Positions 14,925-29,126 of a stretch of 64,000 nucleotides of DNA are shown here, one piece after another. The stretch covers positions 4,020,404 to 4,084,403 of the forward strand of contig CM119268.1 in assembly GCA_051294375.1 (NCBI GenBank), read 5' to 3'. This DNA is from Paraspadella gotoi (Eukaryota; Animalia; Chaetognatha). Position 1 is the first letter of the stretch, and each line of letters begins with the position of its first letter. The notes below the pieces were generated by a model. It made no database searches and had not been told where the DNA came from. It was given only the letters and a program-made list of their open reading frames with translations. A program made the position numbers and the translations under genes.

Positions 14925-15770
14925 AGAAGAAAGTGAGATTATGGAATTAGAATGAAGCGAGAAAAGGATGGAAGGTATTAGAGGGTTATTTAAAAAGATG
15001 AGAAGAAAGTGAGATTAGAAAATTAGAATTAAGCGAGAAAAGGATGGAAGGTATTAGAGGATTATATAAAGATGAGAAGAAAGTGAGATTAGGAAATTAG
15101 AATGAAGCAAGAAAAGGATTGAAGGTATTAGAGGATTATTTAAAGATGAGAAGAAAGTGAGATTAGGAAATTAGAATGAAGCAAGAAAAGGATTGAAGGT
15201 ATTAGAGGATTATTTAAAGATGAGAAGAAAGTGAGATTAGGAAATTAGAATGAAACAAGAAAAGGATGGAAGATATTAGAGGATTATTTAAAGATGAGCA
15301 GAAAGTGAGATTAGTAAATGGGAATGAAGCGCAAAAAAGGATGGAAGATATTAGAGGGTTATTTAAAGAGATGAGAAGAAAGTGAGATTAGGAAATTAGA
15401 ATTAAGTGAGAAATGGATGGAAGGTATTAGAGGATTGTTTAAAGAGACAAGAAGAAAGTGAGATTAGGAAATTAGAAAGAAGCGAGAAAAGGATGGAAGA
15501 TATTAGAGAATTATTTAAAGATGANNNNNNNNNNNNNNNNNNNNNNNNNNNNNNNNNNNNNNNNNNNNNNNNNNNNNNNNNNNNNNNNNNNNNNNNNNNN
15601 NNNNNNNNNNNNNNNNNNNNNNNNNNNNNNNNNNNNNNNNNNNNNNNNNNNNNNNNNNNNNNNNNNNNNNNNNNNNNNGGGTTATTTAAAGAGATGAGAA
15701 GAAAGTGAGATTAGGAAAGTAGAATTAAGTGAGAAAAGGATCGAAGATATTAGAGGATTATTTAAAGCGA
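14925..15770. repeat. Tandem minisatellite/satellite with a ~74-bp unit (agaagaaagtgagattaggaaattagaatgaagcaagaaaaggattgaaggtattagaggattatttaaagatg), spanning an N gap
   Basis: Unit starts at 15001, 15075, 15149 and 15223 (74-bp spacing); later units are 75-77 bp. Confidence 0.93.
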
Positions 15771-18700
15771 CGAGAGAAAACGAGAGTTTGTATTCGGACG
15801 GTGGTAGATGAGTGGTGACAAGTAAGGACAAGGTGGAACAAGGTAGGACAAGGAAGTACAGGTTTGCGCAGAGAAAAAAATAAGGCAGATCGAAAAGAAT
15901 AGTAACCAACTATCTTGGTTAACTTAGTCGAAAAAACGGAAGATGTATCCATTTTCAGAATATATGAGCAACATCCCCATCTTGATCATAAATCTTGATC
16001 ATAACATTAAGAAAAACTTTAATATTTATATTTATAAATATAAATATATATTTATCATTGCACATATATGAGTAACGTAGTCGTCGTTTATTTCTGAGAA
16101 ATTGAAGAAGTTCTTGCTTATCGCAGTAAAAATTTAAAGTGTATAAAACAAGGAATTATACATAAAATGTTCATAAAAATAAATTTCTATTTTTAAAATA
16201 ACTTTTAGTCTCATAAAATGACGAATCATGATAGAGTAAAGGAAAAAATGCTATAATTAAAAATTAAGAAAACCAAGGAAGGATTGAAATCTTTTTTAAA
16301 AATTAAGGAATTACTACATCTCATAACAAAAAAGAAAACTTATGTATGAGAAATGAGAGGCAAGAGATTTCGGAAAATAACAAAAAAATATTTATGGGCT
16401 CCTACATAAAAAAAAAAATGTTTTTCTCTGGTTTCTATTTATAACCGAAAACCTATATTATGTCCTTTAAAAATCTTTTTTTTTNNNNNNNNNNNNNNNN
16501 NNNNNNNNNGTAAAAAGATATACAAAAATGAATATAGTAAAGAGACACTCAAGATTAAATAAGCGAAAATATACCATCACGAGAAAAAATGCAAAAATAA
16601 TACAGAAAGAAAAGATATGAGACGAAAAAAACGGAGTCCTCGTCTCCCCTCCCACATTCACAGTTAGAAAGAGACATTAATCAAAATTCAACAAATTATC
16701 TTGACCTCTAAGTCCGGAGATATTTAATGGCATCTTATAATAAGATTATCTGACCGAACATATGGACCGACCAATAAGCGAGAGGTGGCGTCACGTGCAT
16801 GGGGGGTTTAAGAGGCGTGGCCGGGTTGGCGAGGCGGTAGAGGAAATAAGTCCGGATTGTGGCGGTGGTGGTTCGTGGAGGGCGTGGGCAAGCTTTGGGT
16901 CAGGTAGTTCGGAGAGGAAAGCAAGAAAAACCCTCCATCGAATTACATCAAAAACAACACCATATGATATGGAAACGAGATGATATAGGAGATCTGGATG
17001 AGTGGAAAGATGAAATATATTATATTATTGGTTGTAAGGTGAGGAGGTAGTGATGAAATTGGAGAGAGCAGTAAAGTGAGAAGTAGTAGAATGAAATGGA
17101 GAGAAGCCGAGAAGTGAAGAAGTAAGTGTGGAGATGAGAGGAGAAAAGAAAGAGAATATATGATATGTATCGTTCTATGAAGCGGACACAATGTATATCG
17201 AGGGAGTGAGAATTGAAGGCAAGTAGGAACCGTGAAAGTTTTGATAGTAGTGGGGTAGAGAAAGATCATAAATTCGAACTCAAGATCTTAGATGTGAAAT
17301 GAGTATGAAATATAGAGAGAAAAAAAGAGACCAACACGCGGATAATAGAACCAATAGTGGAAGGGATATTGACTTCTTATGTATGAGATCACTTTTATAA
17401 TTATTAAATGATATAATCAAGGACAGAATGTATTTTATTATATTTTACAAAGATAATTACTCTTATGTATAATAAAAATTAAAATTCTCGGAAGTAGAGA
17501 CATAGTAAGATGAAAACTCTTTGTATAAGTGCTCTATTTTACACACTAATCAAAACCTATAGAGATAATTGAGTAGATAACTATTGAATAATTTCTTGTA
17601 TTCTTAAAATCACCTAACACATCATCTTGTATACATCCAGCGTTTTATAGTTAACATAAGTTTTGATGTTCAATATGCAAATAAATCGTATCTATGGCTT
17701 CCTAGTCAATACATCTAAGTTATGGAAATTAATTGTCTGATTATAAGTTCTAAGATTATTTATTATTTTTATATAATTTTATTATTTATCACGATTTTTT
17801 TTTAATATTATTTATCAATAATTCATGCTTGTCTTATAATTGCCCACTATCGGACTGCGTCTGTTTTTGATCTTGTAGCTGAATTTTTAAACCATTTAAA
17901 ATTCGCTGCATGCGGTTTAGAATATGGATTTACTCTCAGAATATCGATAAGTTAGGTAATTAATTATGTGATATCTCACTTCAGTCCTTTTTCGGAGTTT
18001 CTTTCCCAGCAAAGGTACTTGAAAAAGTCTATTACCGGAAATAAATTCGTACTTAAAAAAACGAAGATGTTAAAAATATCACCAGTATCTCAAGAAGCAG
18101 AATAGAAAACAGGAGAAGGTTAAGAAAGAGAGAGAAGACAAGGGAGATGATAGAAAAAGTTCGTCGAAGGAGGAGGAGGAGAGAGGAGAAGAGAGCGTGA
18201 GAGAGAACGCAGGGCGTACGCAAGGTAAAGAATAACAGACAGTATTGTAGAACGGGAAGGCGGCCAAAAGCACGAGGTAAAGATGTGATCATTGAAGGCA
18301 TCCAGTAGGAAGGAATTAAATTCGTTTTACTGTAGTGCGGAGGGACAGCAGGCAGCAAGAGGAGAGAGGAGAGAGAGAGAAGAGGAGAGAGAGGAGAGAG
18401 AACTAGAGGAGGAGATACCACGAATTTTTCTAACGTATAATGTATTTAAAACACTCGTGTAGGTAAGATTACATTTAAGTGCTCTGCACTCCATATCATT
18501 GTCTTTGGTTAGTATTCGTGAGTGGCATGAGAGACGGTCCCGTGTTTGAAAGGGCGGTGAAGTAGCTCAGATGAAGACGAGAGAGGCGGGCCCATCACAA
18601 AGCCTCGCATCTCGTCACTTTAAAAATGTGAAACATTTTCAACTCTTCTTTCTTCCACTTTCAAGTCGCTAAAACCTACTTAGTTTTCTTTGAAATGACC

Positions 18701-19508
18701 ATTGATCATTGACAATGTTTTGTTCCCACGCTCCACCCCACCTTCACCACCAATCCTTCCACCTTCACCTTCCAACCCCACCTTCTCCACTTTTCGTCGC
18801 GCCACATGAATATCGCCTTTTCCAATTTCACCCATTACTTGGCGAGCCTCAAATTACTCGTCACACTTTCGTGAAGAAGTTTTTAATTTCAATTTCCATA
18901 AGTGTGAGATGGTTCACACTGTTAGAGGGCCACGACGACCGCCCCCTGCGCCCTCGGAGAGGCCTAAGTAGTACGGTCACTCTCGGAATTACTCGAATAT
19001 GGAAACTAAACGTAATTAAGTTAGAAAAGTTGATATTCCTTTAGCACTAAAGTTTAGGCTATCAAATGTGTATAAAGGTAAATGGATAAGAAAAGATAGA
19101 AAAAAAGACAAACATTTTTTTGAAATAATGTTTACCCTTGGCGCAAGATTTTAAAATAGCTTTGGGATCTGAGTGTGAAATAGAATTTAGCAACTGAATT
19201 TGATTATGAATAAATGGAAATAACATTGTGTGAAAGAAACTAAAATTTTATTGGGGCCAAGTTTCGGCGATTGGTAAAGTGTCTCGATTGTGGCGCAATG
19301 GCTGCGATTTGCCAAGCGACGCCAGAAACTGGCCCAATCTTGCATACCGAAGCTCTTGGTTTTCTCTCGACGATTTTGTACAATCTTTCTGTTCCAGAAT
19401 TTTTTTTAGGGAAACAAAAGAGTTGAACGGGATTTTGTGTGTGTGTCTCCTCTCTCTCTCCTCTCCCTCCTCTCTTCTCCTCTCTCTGTCTCTGTCTCTC
19501 TACTCTCT

Positions 19509-19590
<82 letters not shown>

Positions 19591-20309
19591 CTTCTCTCTC
19601 TCTCCCCCGAAGAAGTCACTCACGCAAATACCATGAGCGGCCCTTTTCCCCACTTCTTCTCAAAGCAATAACCGAGAATAAATTCGCGCGTCTCTGCCGT
19701 CGCTAAGGTAAACAAGGCGACCTGCTTGGCAACGGGGACGACTATAACGACGACGATAACGACGACGACAACGATGATCCTTGGGAAAATGTTTCTCATT
19801 CGTTGTCGACTCACCTACTTAGACGACGGCAACTTCGACGACGACGACGACCACGATGACATCCACGATTCACGATGATTCACGTTTCACAATTCACAGA
19901 AAGCTAATCTGACTGACTGAGAGTCACAATTAAGCGACGAAGACGAAAACGACGACGATCATTACGACGACGACGACGACGATTAAAAACTATAATCTCT
20001 ATCCTAATCCTCACCAAAATCCTTATCTTTGATCGAATTTGAGATGAAATGGAGCGCTCAGAGAAAATAAGGCCAAAATGGCTATGAATCGATCAAAAAT
20101 TAAAATAGAATCAGTTTGATTCGTAACTTTATTTACAAATTTACAAATTTAATCATACAAGGCTCGGTTAATACATACCAACAATATAAGATCTCTTTTC
20201 TGATCCGATCGAAATTAATTCGTCGAATCTGCGAAGCTAATTATCTACAAAGGATTTTCCCTCTTTGCGTATCAACCGGAATTTAAACCGTTTATCACAA
20301 AAGCATTCA

Positions 20310-20342
<33 letters not shown>

Positions 20343-23300
20343 NNNNNNNNNNNNNNNNNNNNNNNNNNNNNNNNNNNNNNNNNNNNNNNNNNNNNNNNNN
20401 NNNNNNNNNNNNNNNNNNNNNNNNNNNNNNNNNNNNNNNNNNNNNNNNNNNNNNNNNNNNNNNNNNNNNNNNNNNNNNNNTCGGGACTAATGATTTATTT
20501 TTTTGAATGTGAGAGTACTTATTCAAAGAGATGCCTGACACACTATGTTCGTTACTTTTAGAAAAGTTAAAGCGCTATTTTCATTTTCAATCGGAACGAA
20601 TGTCTTTTTATTTTATTAATCTCATTTACTTGATTCTTGAAAAAAATATTTTTACTTCTTATTAAAATAAAATAAACAAATTTCTCCTTCGAATCCGTAA
20701 ACTATTTCTTTTTATTTCTTTTTTTATTACGCAAGACTTACCAAATCATTAGAATGACTTTGTACTCCTTACCATTTAACTGACTTCCCCCCTTTTTTCC
20801 CACCCCCGTTTTTTAACGTTATCTCATCTCGATGGATAACGACTTATGGACACGTCGGCTCCCCCGCCGCCAGTAAGGAACGGTTGGAAAGAGCAAGCTT
20901 GGCAGAAAAGACGCGAATGTGGACGGAAAAACATGAGGAAGATAAGAAGACGGGAAGAAGGTGTCAGATCAACATCAGAAGAGAAGAAAGATGCAAGAAA
21001 GAAAATGAAAGAGGAAAAGAAGAAGAAAGAAGAGAAAGATGAGAGAAGAGATAAGAGAAAGATAGATCAGAAAATGAAAATGGGAAAGGAGAAACCATCA
21101 GAAAGACCGTAAATAATAAAAAGCGAAAGAAGAAAAAGAAGACAAGGAAAAAGAGAAAGGGGGCGAGAGAGAAAAAGTAGGGAACGGGGGAGAGTCGTAC
21201 CGGCACAAGTATACTCTTCTCTGGNNNNNNNNNNNNNNNNNNNNNNNNNNNNNNNNNNNNNNNNNNNNNNNNNNNNNNNNNNNNNNNNNNNNNNNNNNNN
21301 NNNNNNNNNNNNNNNNNNNNNNNNNNNNNNNNNNNNNNNNNNNNNNNNNNNNNNNNNNNNNNNNNNNNNNNNNNNNNNNNNNNNNNNNNNNNNNNNNNNN
21401 NNNNNNNNNNNNNNNNNNNNNNNNNNNNNNNNNNNNNNNNNNNNNNNNNNNNNNNNNNNNNNNNNNNNNNNNNNNNNNNNNNNNNNNNNNNNNNNNNNNN
21501 NNNNNNNNNNNNNNNNNNNNNNNNNNNNNNNNNNNNNNNNNNNNNNNNNNNNNNNNNNNNNNNNNNNNNNNNNNNNNNNNNNNNNCCCCCCGCCCCCACA
21601 GAGACGCTTCTCCCGGTTGCTAAGCGACCGACGCTGCCTAGCCTCACCCTCCTGACCTTGGCCCTGGCAACCGGATCCTTTCCATTCTGACGCGGAACGC
21701 CGCTGCTCGAACTTACCTGCCAACCGGGCGACCAGGAAGGAGGGAAAGTTTAACCGATGCCTACGAAGGAGAGAGTGAGGTCGTGCCTTCACGAACTTAC
21801 CCGAATCACAAGAGTTCACTCACATCGATGGCGGAAACTTAATATGAAAAAAGAATGACCACAGACAACGACAATCACGAAAAGACAACCACAACGGCGA
21901 TAATAATAACAACAACAACAACAACATTTCTCTTTTCTCCCATCCTGGTGTTTCTCCTTTCTCTCTCTCTTTCTCTCTCTCTCTCTTATTCTTTCTCTCT
22001 CATCTTTTGACTCTTATTTTTCGTTTTCTCTCTCGTTTATTTTCTTTTCTTCCTTGTTTATCTCTCTATCTCTGTCTGTTCCCCCTACCGTCCTTCTCTC
22101 TCTCTCCTCCGGCCCCGTGCTCTCTCTCTTCTCTCGTCGTCCTTCTCCTTCTTCTCGGTCTCTCTCTCTCTCCTCTCTCTCTTCTCTCTCTCTCATCGTC
22201 GTCTCTGCCTCTCTCCGGTCTTCTCTCTCTCTTCTTCATCCAGCAGGGGCCTCGGTGAGTTAGGAATGACAATGGGCGTTTCCCTTTGGGAATAAATGAA
22301 TAAGTGACATCGTCGTCGTCGTTGTCGTCGTCGTCATCGTCGTCGTCGACGTCGTCATCGTTGTCGTCATCGTAAATTGTTAAATAAAAAAAGAGAAAAA
22401 TTAAAGACTCTTTTTGTTTTAAGCCGTCGACTCGAGTTGATGTCTCGAAAGCGTCATTTCTGCGCGGGTTCGACGTGCTTGTAGCATGCGTCATCCTACG
22501 CCGGATGCGATCTCGGAGAGGCATGATGCGTCGCTCCGTCTCTCTCGGTGCTCTCGCGCTCTTCTCTGCGACTCTCTCCTTCATTTGGGAATGCGAGTTG
22601 CCTTCGCGCAGTAGGGGGCGGGAGATTGTGGGGGGTCGAGGGATGGGGCGTTAGGGTGGAGAGTATGCGTGTTGGAGTAGAGGAGAGAAGATCGGGGGTT
22701 GGTAGGTGGGAAGATGGGCCGGCGGAAGGGGCGAGGCGTAAGCGGCCGAAAGGCAGATGGAAATGCAGTGGAGGATGCTTATCAAGCCTGGAGTGGCGGG
22801 CGAGTCATGGCGTGAGAGCAACACGAGAGGAAGAGAAGATCTCTTATCAACTGAGTGACAGCAGCGGAGGCGGGAAGCTGCGTGGACAAGTCACCGGCGG
22901 AGACCACGGGGAGCAGGGGGAAGCTGTCGATGCGGAAGCCTGTTGTCAGAAGGGAGGAGAGGAGTGAGGGAGCAAGCAGCGAGAGCAAGAGAAAGGGATC
23001 TTTATCAAGCTATTGACAGAGCGGAAGCGGTGAGACAATACAGGAGACCAGCGAGAGAGATAGCTCTATCAACGCTTGTCGAGAGAGTAGACCAGCCTGA
23101 GACAAGCACGAGACAAGAGAAGATGCGTTTAGTGACAACGCTAAATGACAGGAGCGGAGAAAGCGTGAGACAAGCCACAGACAATGGTCAGAGCGTGGGT
23201 ATAGTTCTATCAGGGCTTTGCCCGAGGAGGGAGTGTGGATGACAGAGCACACGGGAGCACCCAGGAGATTCCTTTATGCTCACGAACGGTTATGAACACG

Positions 23301-24118
23301 GGAAGAATTACAGATGAAATTCTGCGCGGCAGGCCGGAGTAGGAAACAGTTTATTTTATCAACTTGAATTTATAATGTAAGTTTAATGATATTGTTGTAT
23401 CAAGTTGGCGCGCGGCGAGAATCAATTGATCAATAATTCTTAGCAAAGATTTTCCTTCATTAAAAATGCAAAACACCTGTACCATGTAGATATATGTAGA
23501 ATATTAATCAGGAGCGTCAAGACTCTCTCTCGGCTGNNNNNNNNNNNNNNNNNNNNNNNNNNNNNNNNNNNNNNNNNNNNNNNNNNNNACGCTAAAAGGA
23601 CGAGGGTAAAATGTAGAAGTGATGTGGAAATGCTGGGGAGATGAAGTGAAACATTGTTGTGGAAATATTGAGAAAATGATGTCGAGATTTTACGAGATAA
23701 ATTGCTAATTCGTGAGAATCATTATCTATTGACTTCTTTTAACAATTGACACCTTTCTATTATTGGAATGTCGTGTACCAGTAAATTACAAAGTTGAAAA
23801 GTCCTAATAGTAAATAGCCGAGGTCGTAGGAAAATGTCAGAGAGATCTCCGCCAATGAACGAAGGCCTCGGTCTCTCGGTTGCCACGACGACGACGACGT
23901 TTCCATGGCAACCACGGGAGTTTAAGAAAAACCTAAGAAGAAATCTTAGAACGTAAACAAGAAAATGCAAATGAGTTTTGCGAAGAGAAAAAAAAAAGAT
24001 TTCTCGATTAATCATTGAAATCGAAAGAAACGAGGAAATCTATTGATTTATAATGCAAAGAGGGGAAAACCATTGTCAACGGATTCTTGGGCCCTTCGGT
24101 CTGTCTGTCTGTCCCTTT

Positions 24119-24206
<88 letters not shown>

Positions 24207-24490
24207 ATTTCAATTCTTTTTTCCTTTCATTTCTTTATCTTTTTCCCCTTTCTTTCTTTCTCTTTTCTTCATTTCTTACTTTCTTTCTTTCTTTCTCTCT
24301 ATCTTTCACACCAAAAAATTTGAATTAAAAAAAAGAAATAAAAAAGCCGAAAAGAAAAGAAAAGGAAGAGAAATAAATGAAAAAAAGAAAAGTCTTACCT
24401 CTCTAAGTAATTCGAAGAGGTCGTTTGTTCGGTGAAATGGATGGAAGAAAAACCGAGAAGAGAGAGAGAAGAGAGAGAGAGAGAGGGGGG

Positions 24491-24525
<35 letters not shown>

Positions 24526-25900
24526 CGGTTTGAAGCATCGGGTCACATTCCGTGAGTTTTTTCGGTGACCCCCAGTTTTCACGCGTTGAATTGTCTCGTG
24601 AGAGAGGAAACAGTTTTCTTTTCACCAATCACGTTACGTTCAATTGACTTCATCACCCTCTCACACGTATCATACGTGACAACGAAAATGATTTTTTTGT
24701 ATAACCTTCAATATCTTTTTATCGGGTTGCATTAGAAAGATTAAAACTATATCATCAGAAAGCCCTGAAAAAATATTATCAGATTCATACTAAATTTGAT
24801 ATCAAATGATAAGAAAAAGCTTTTAATAAATTTTTAAATTTTAAAAAAATTATTTTTTAGAAAAAAAAATTATTAAAAAATGGTCAGGCGAAAAAGAATG
24901 TGTTCTTTCTTTTCCAAAAGTCGACAAAGGTTTACTCCGTGGACGATGACGACAACAACAACGAAGACAACGCAAAACGACTCTTTCGTATTTGGCGTCG
25001 TCGAAGTTGAAAAGGGAAAAGAAAGGGAAAAGGAAAAGGAAAAAGGGGAAAAGAAGAGATTAAAATAAGGTGAGAGATTAGGGAAAGAGATTATGGAAAG
25101 AGATTAGGGAAAGAGATAAGGTTAGCGATTAGATTAAGTATTATGGTTTATTAGATAAAAGATTAAGTTTAGGGATTAATCAGTAAGATTAGGGACAAAT
25201 TTTTATAGGCAGTGACTATAGTGATTAAATAGAGTGACTATATATAGTGACAGTGACTATAGTCAAAAGGCAAGAATGCTTTTTTATTGAATAAACGAAT
25301 TTTTTTGTTTGTATCGAGACTCTATGCATATATGTGTTTTAAAATATTGTCGAGGAAAAGGAATTGTCAAGGGCTGGAAGTGAGGTTCCTCTTAAAACGT
25401 TTGAATGTATTTATGAATCAAGAAAAGTAAGTTCATGGATTTTAACTGACAACGGAACAGGGAATGATAATGAAACAAGTTTGAGCAAACAATTAATTAA
25501 TTAATAAACTAATTAACTATAATTAATGAATTAATTTAGTTTCTATATTTTTTTATTTTCATAATAAATATAAGTGCCCACTGCCCACGATCATTAGCAG
25601 TAAGCAGATGGTCAAATATGAAACTAATTTTAATATTAATAATAGAATATACATATTTTTTCATCAATAATCATAATTGCAAACATTGGAATAAAGGTCG
25701 CATTGGCGTCGTTTTAAACTGAATTCGCTGTGAATGAAGTTTTTTTTTCGATACAGCGAAATCGGTTTTCAGTTAAGTTTAAAAATAAAAATCATCAAAT
25801 TTCGATCCAATTTTTTTTTGGTTTTAATTCCATTTAATTCTGACGAATTATGGTTCGCTGCGGGGAATGATGGGAGAGAGGAAAGAGAGAGAACGAGAAG

Positions 25901-25935
<35 letters not shown>

Positions 25936-25937
25936 AG

Positions 25938-25989
<52 letters not shown>

Positions 25990-26069
25990 CCAGCCTTTAA
26001 CAAACAGAGAGGAATTAAGAATAATAATTAAAGTAACGATACCAGGTCGAGCGAGTAGATATAAAATCT

Positions 26070-26113
<44 letters not shown>

Positions 26114-29100
26114 TCTCTCTCTCTTCTTCAAAAAAGTCTTTCCTCCACTTCTCTCCTTTCCTTTTTTCCTCTTTCCTTCCTTTCCTTTCCTCCGACGAGG
26201 TTAACGAAGTTTAAAACTCTGTTTCGAATAATGATTTCCTCCAATTTTATTTTTAATCCTTTTTTTTTTTCGAGAGAGACGACAGAGTGGAGGGACGGCA
26301 GCGGCGGCGGCGACGGCAGCGGCGACGGCAGCGGCGGCGGCGGGGGTTGATATAAAGATTTTTTTATTTGTTTTTTTTTTTTTTCGTCGACCGTTCGGAA
26401 GCGAAAAGCCAATTGATTAAATTTGCATCGCGAAATAAAAAAAAAAAAAAAAAAAATGGGTAGTGAAGGAAAAATAAGCAGGAATCGAAAAAAGGAGAGG
26501 GCGGGTAAATTTGTGGGGAATTCTGTGGGCGAGTTGTGGTCGAATCGAAAGGTGAAGTGAATGAAGTAAAAGGACAAATTGGGGAAAATTGTTAAAGTAA
26601 TTGTATATTTAAACCTCAATTTGTAGTGTTGATTTTAGGTAGGAGGTTTTTTTGACTGCAAAGTTTCGAAGTTTTAAAATCCTAATCCTGACCCGGGATT
26701 TTGGCCAAAGAAGAATCGTTCGATCGCGGTACCGGCAGCGACTCGAACCCTCGACGCCCTGCGGATTAAGGATTCCGGATGTAATTAGATCCTGAAGACC
26801 TAAACCCGCAATCTTTCTTACGGTTCTCACTGTCAAGCTCTCTTCGTCCTTATCGGTATTTCCTTGTCCTGGGGATGAGTACTAATTTAGACAGTGAGAC
26901 AATCTTGCTGGAACATTTTTAGGGTTTTGATATGGTATTATTTTGAAACTCCAAGAGGAACGATAGCTTATCTACTAGTATTTAATGAAGGGATAATCTG
27001 GATAAAATTGGTAAAACCAATATACAAAATTATTCGTATAGTAATTGATAAAGAGCTTACGTTTTAAATTGGTTACTGTGACGTGCCGAAAACTGGCGCG
27101 AGCCCCTTCTCAATTTTTTTAGTTTGGGAAAAAAAAGGTTTTAGATGTTATATACACATATTACATGTAACTCAAGTTTTATAAAAGTATCATGTGAAAA
27201 ATTGAAGTCTATTCTGTTTTGGGACTTAATGTGTTTATTTTACTTAATTTATTGGGTATTTTCATATATTATATTATATTTTTACGACACTCTGAGCTTT
27301 TCCTGGGGTTCTTTAAGAGTGAAAGCACCCCAGCTTTGTTTTGAGATGTCTATCTTTTTTTTTTAGATGAATACCTTTTTACACTTGAACGGTCTTTGGT
27401 ACAGATACATGTCCTCTTCCTTTTTTACTCCCTTATTTCATATTCTCCCAATCATTATTTTTTTTCAAACTTTGACTACTCACGATCTCGGCGGTCACAT
27501 CAAAGGAAAATTGATGGAGTTTTGAGTCAAAGAGAAAAAAAATGTGGATCGTGATGAGAAAAGGAAAAATGATTGGGGAGTGAGAATTCACAAGGGAGAA
27601 AGTGACTCGGTTGTGAGAAAAGCGTGAATTACTTCAGAGTGGCGTTTCACTTGGTCGTGAACGTTGTGAAAAAAAACCTGAAAATCAAAAAAAGGGCTAA
27701 GTATAAAATTACGAAAAGCAAAATCACAAGGCAGGCTTAATTTACAAATTTAATTTATAAAGTAAATCAAGAAAAGAGAGAAAGAAAAAAAAAGAAAAAG
27801 AGAAAGAGAGAGAGAAAGAGAGAGAGATTCTTCTTTCCCTTAATTTTTCCAAGCCGCTTATCTGTTTCAAGCTGAGTTGTTTCGTCGTCTTCATTAATCT
27901 CCTTTCTTTTTTACCGGAGAACCGCAATTTCTGTGTCTCTCTCTCCCTCTCTCTTTCTTTCTCTCTCTCTTTCTCTCTTTTCCTTCCTCCCTTCCTCTTT
28001 TTCTTTTTCTCTTTCCCTGACTCTCTCTCTCCTTCTCTCCTTTCCTCCCTCTCACTCTCACTCTCTCTCTCTCTCTCTCTATCTCTTTTTCCTCCCTACG
28101 TCTCTAACAAAAAACAAATAGATTTAAGACAAAGAAAACTGTTAAAACTCACAATGAGTAAAATAATACTGTTTTCAACACAATTTAATAACTGCTGACA
28201 TAAGTTATAAAGGAAGAAAGAACTAAGAATGACAAATATATATGCGTTTTATTTCGAATTCAATAGTACTTCCCGCCTGAACACAATTTTCCGTATTTCT
28301 CTTTCTCTCATGCATTTCGTTTGAACTATCTGTGTCCCGTTGACCCAATTTTCACTCGTCGTTTTTAAATCATTCTGATATTGAAATCTGGCAAGAGACC
28401 AGAAGAATCTTTCGTCCCGATTTTCGACTCATTAAGAAACGAATTCGAAATCCCGTTTTTTTTTCGGGTTTCTTATGAAATTTATTTTGATAATAGTTTC
28501 TCAATACTACTACAAAATTTTTATTCTGCAAGAATCCTAAGTTAAACTGTTCGAGCGGGCGACGTTTCGAAGATCGTCTCCGCAAGCGTTAGAGTAAACA
28601 ATCTCACAAAGGGATAAATCACAAGTAAAACAAGAACGGTAATTCCAATGTGTTGCGCCGCTGTGACTTTCTTTCATGGGTATTTCTGGGTGAACACGTG
28701 ATTACTCATTGATGAATTCCATCTTTTATTCTTTGTATGATTTCTCTAAAAATAAAAGGTAGCGTTAGTAGACGCTTAGATTCTTTTCGTATCAGCAAAA
28801 ATTACAAAATAGCAATAGTTATGTGAAGTATAAACTTAATTGATGCATTATTACCCGAGCCTTTAAAACGTTGTCAAAGCAAGATCGATGATCAGACAGA
28901 CATACCGACCATCCCACGCCCGAATTAGAATTACTCCGCGAGTACTCGCGGCGCAACTAAAAAGACGACAAGAAATGGCGGCGATTTAGAGAAGCCTCGG
29001 GGAGATGAATTTTTCACCCCGATAGAGAGAATTTTTTTGAATTTTGAATTTATTCAATGGGGCTTTAGCACAAAATAAAACAATAGGCCATAAAAAGCTA

Positions 29101-29126
29101 CTTTATTACATTTTAAGTCTACGAAT

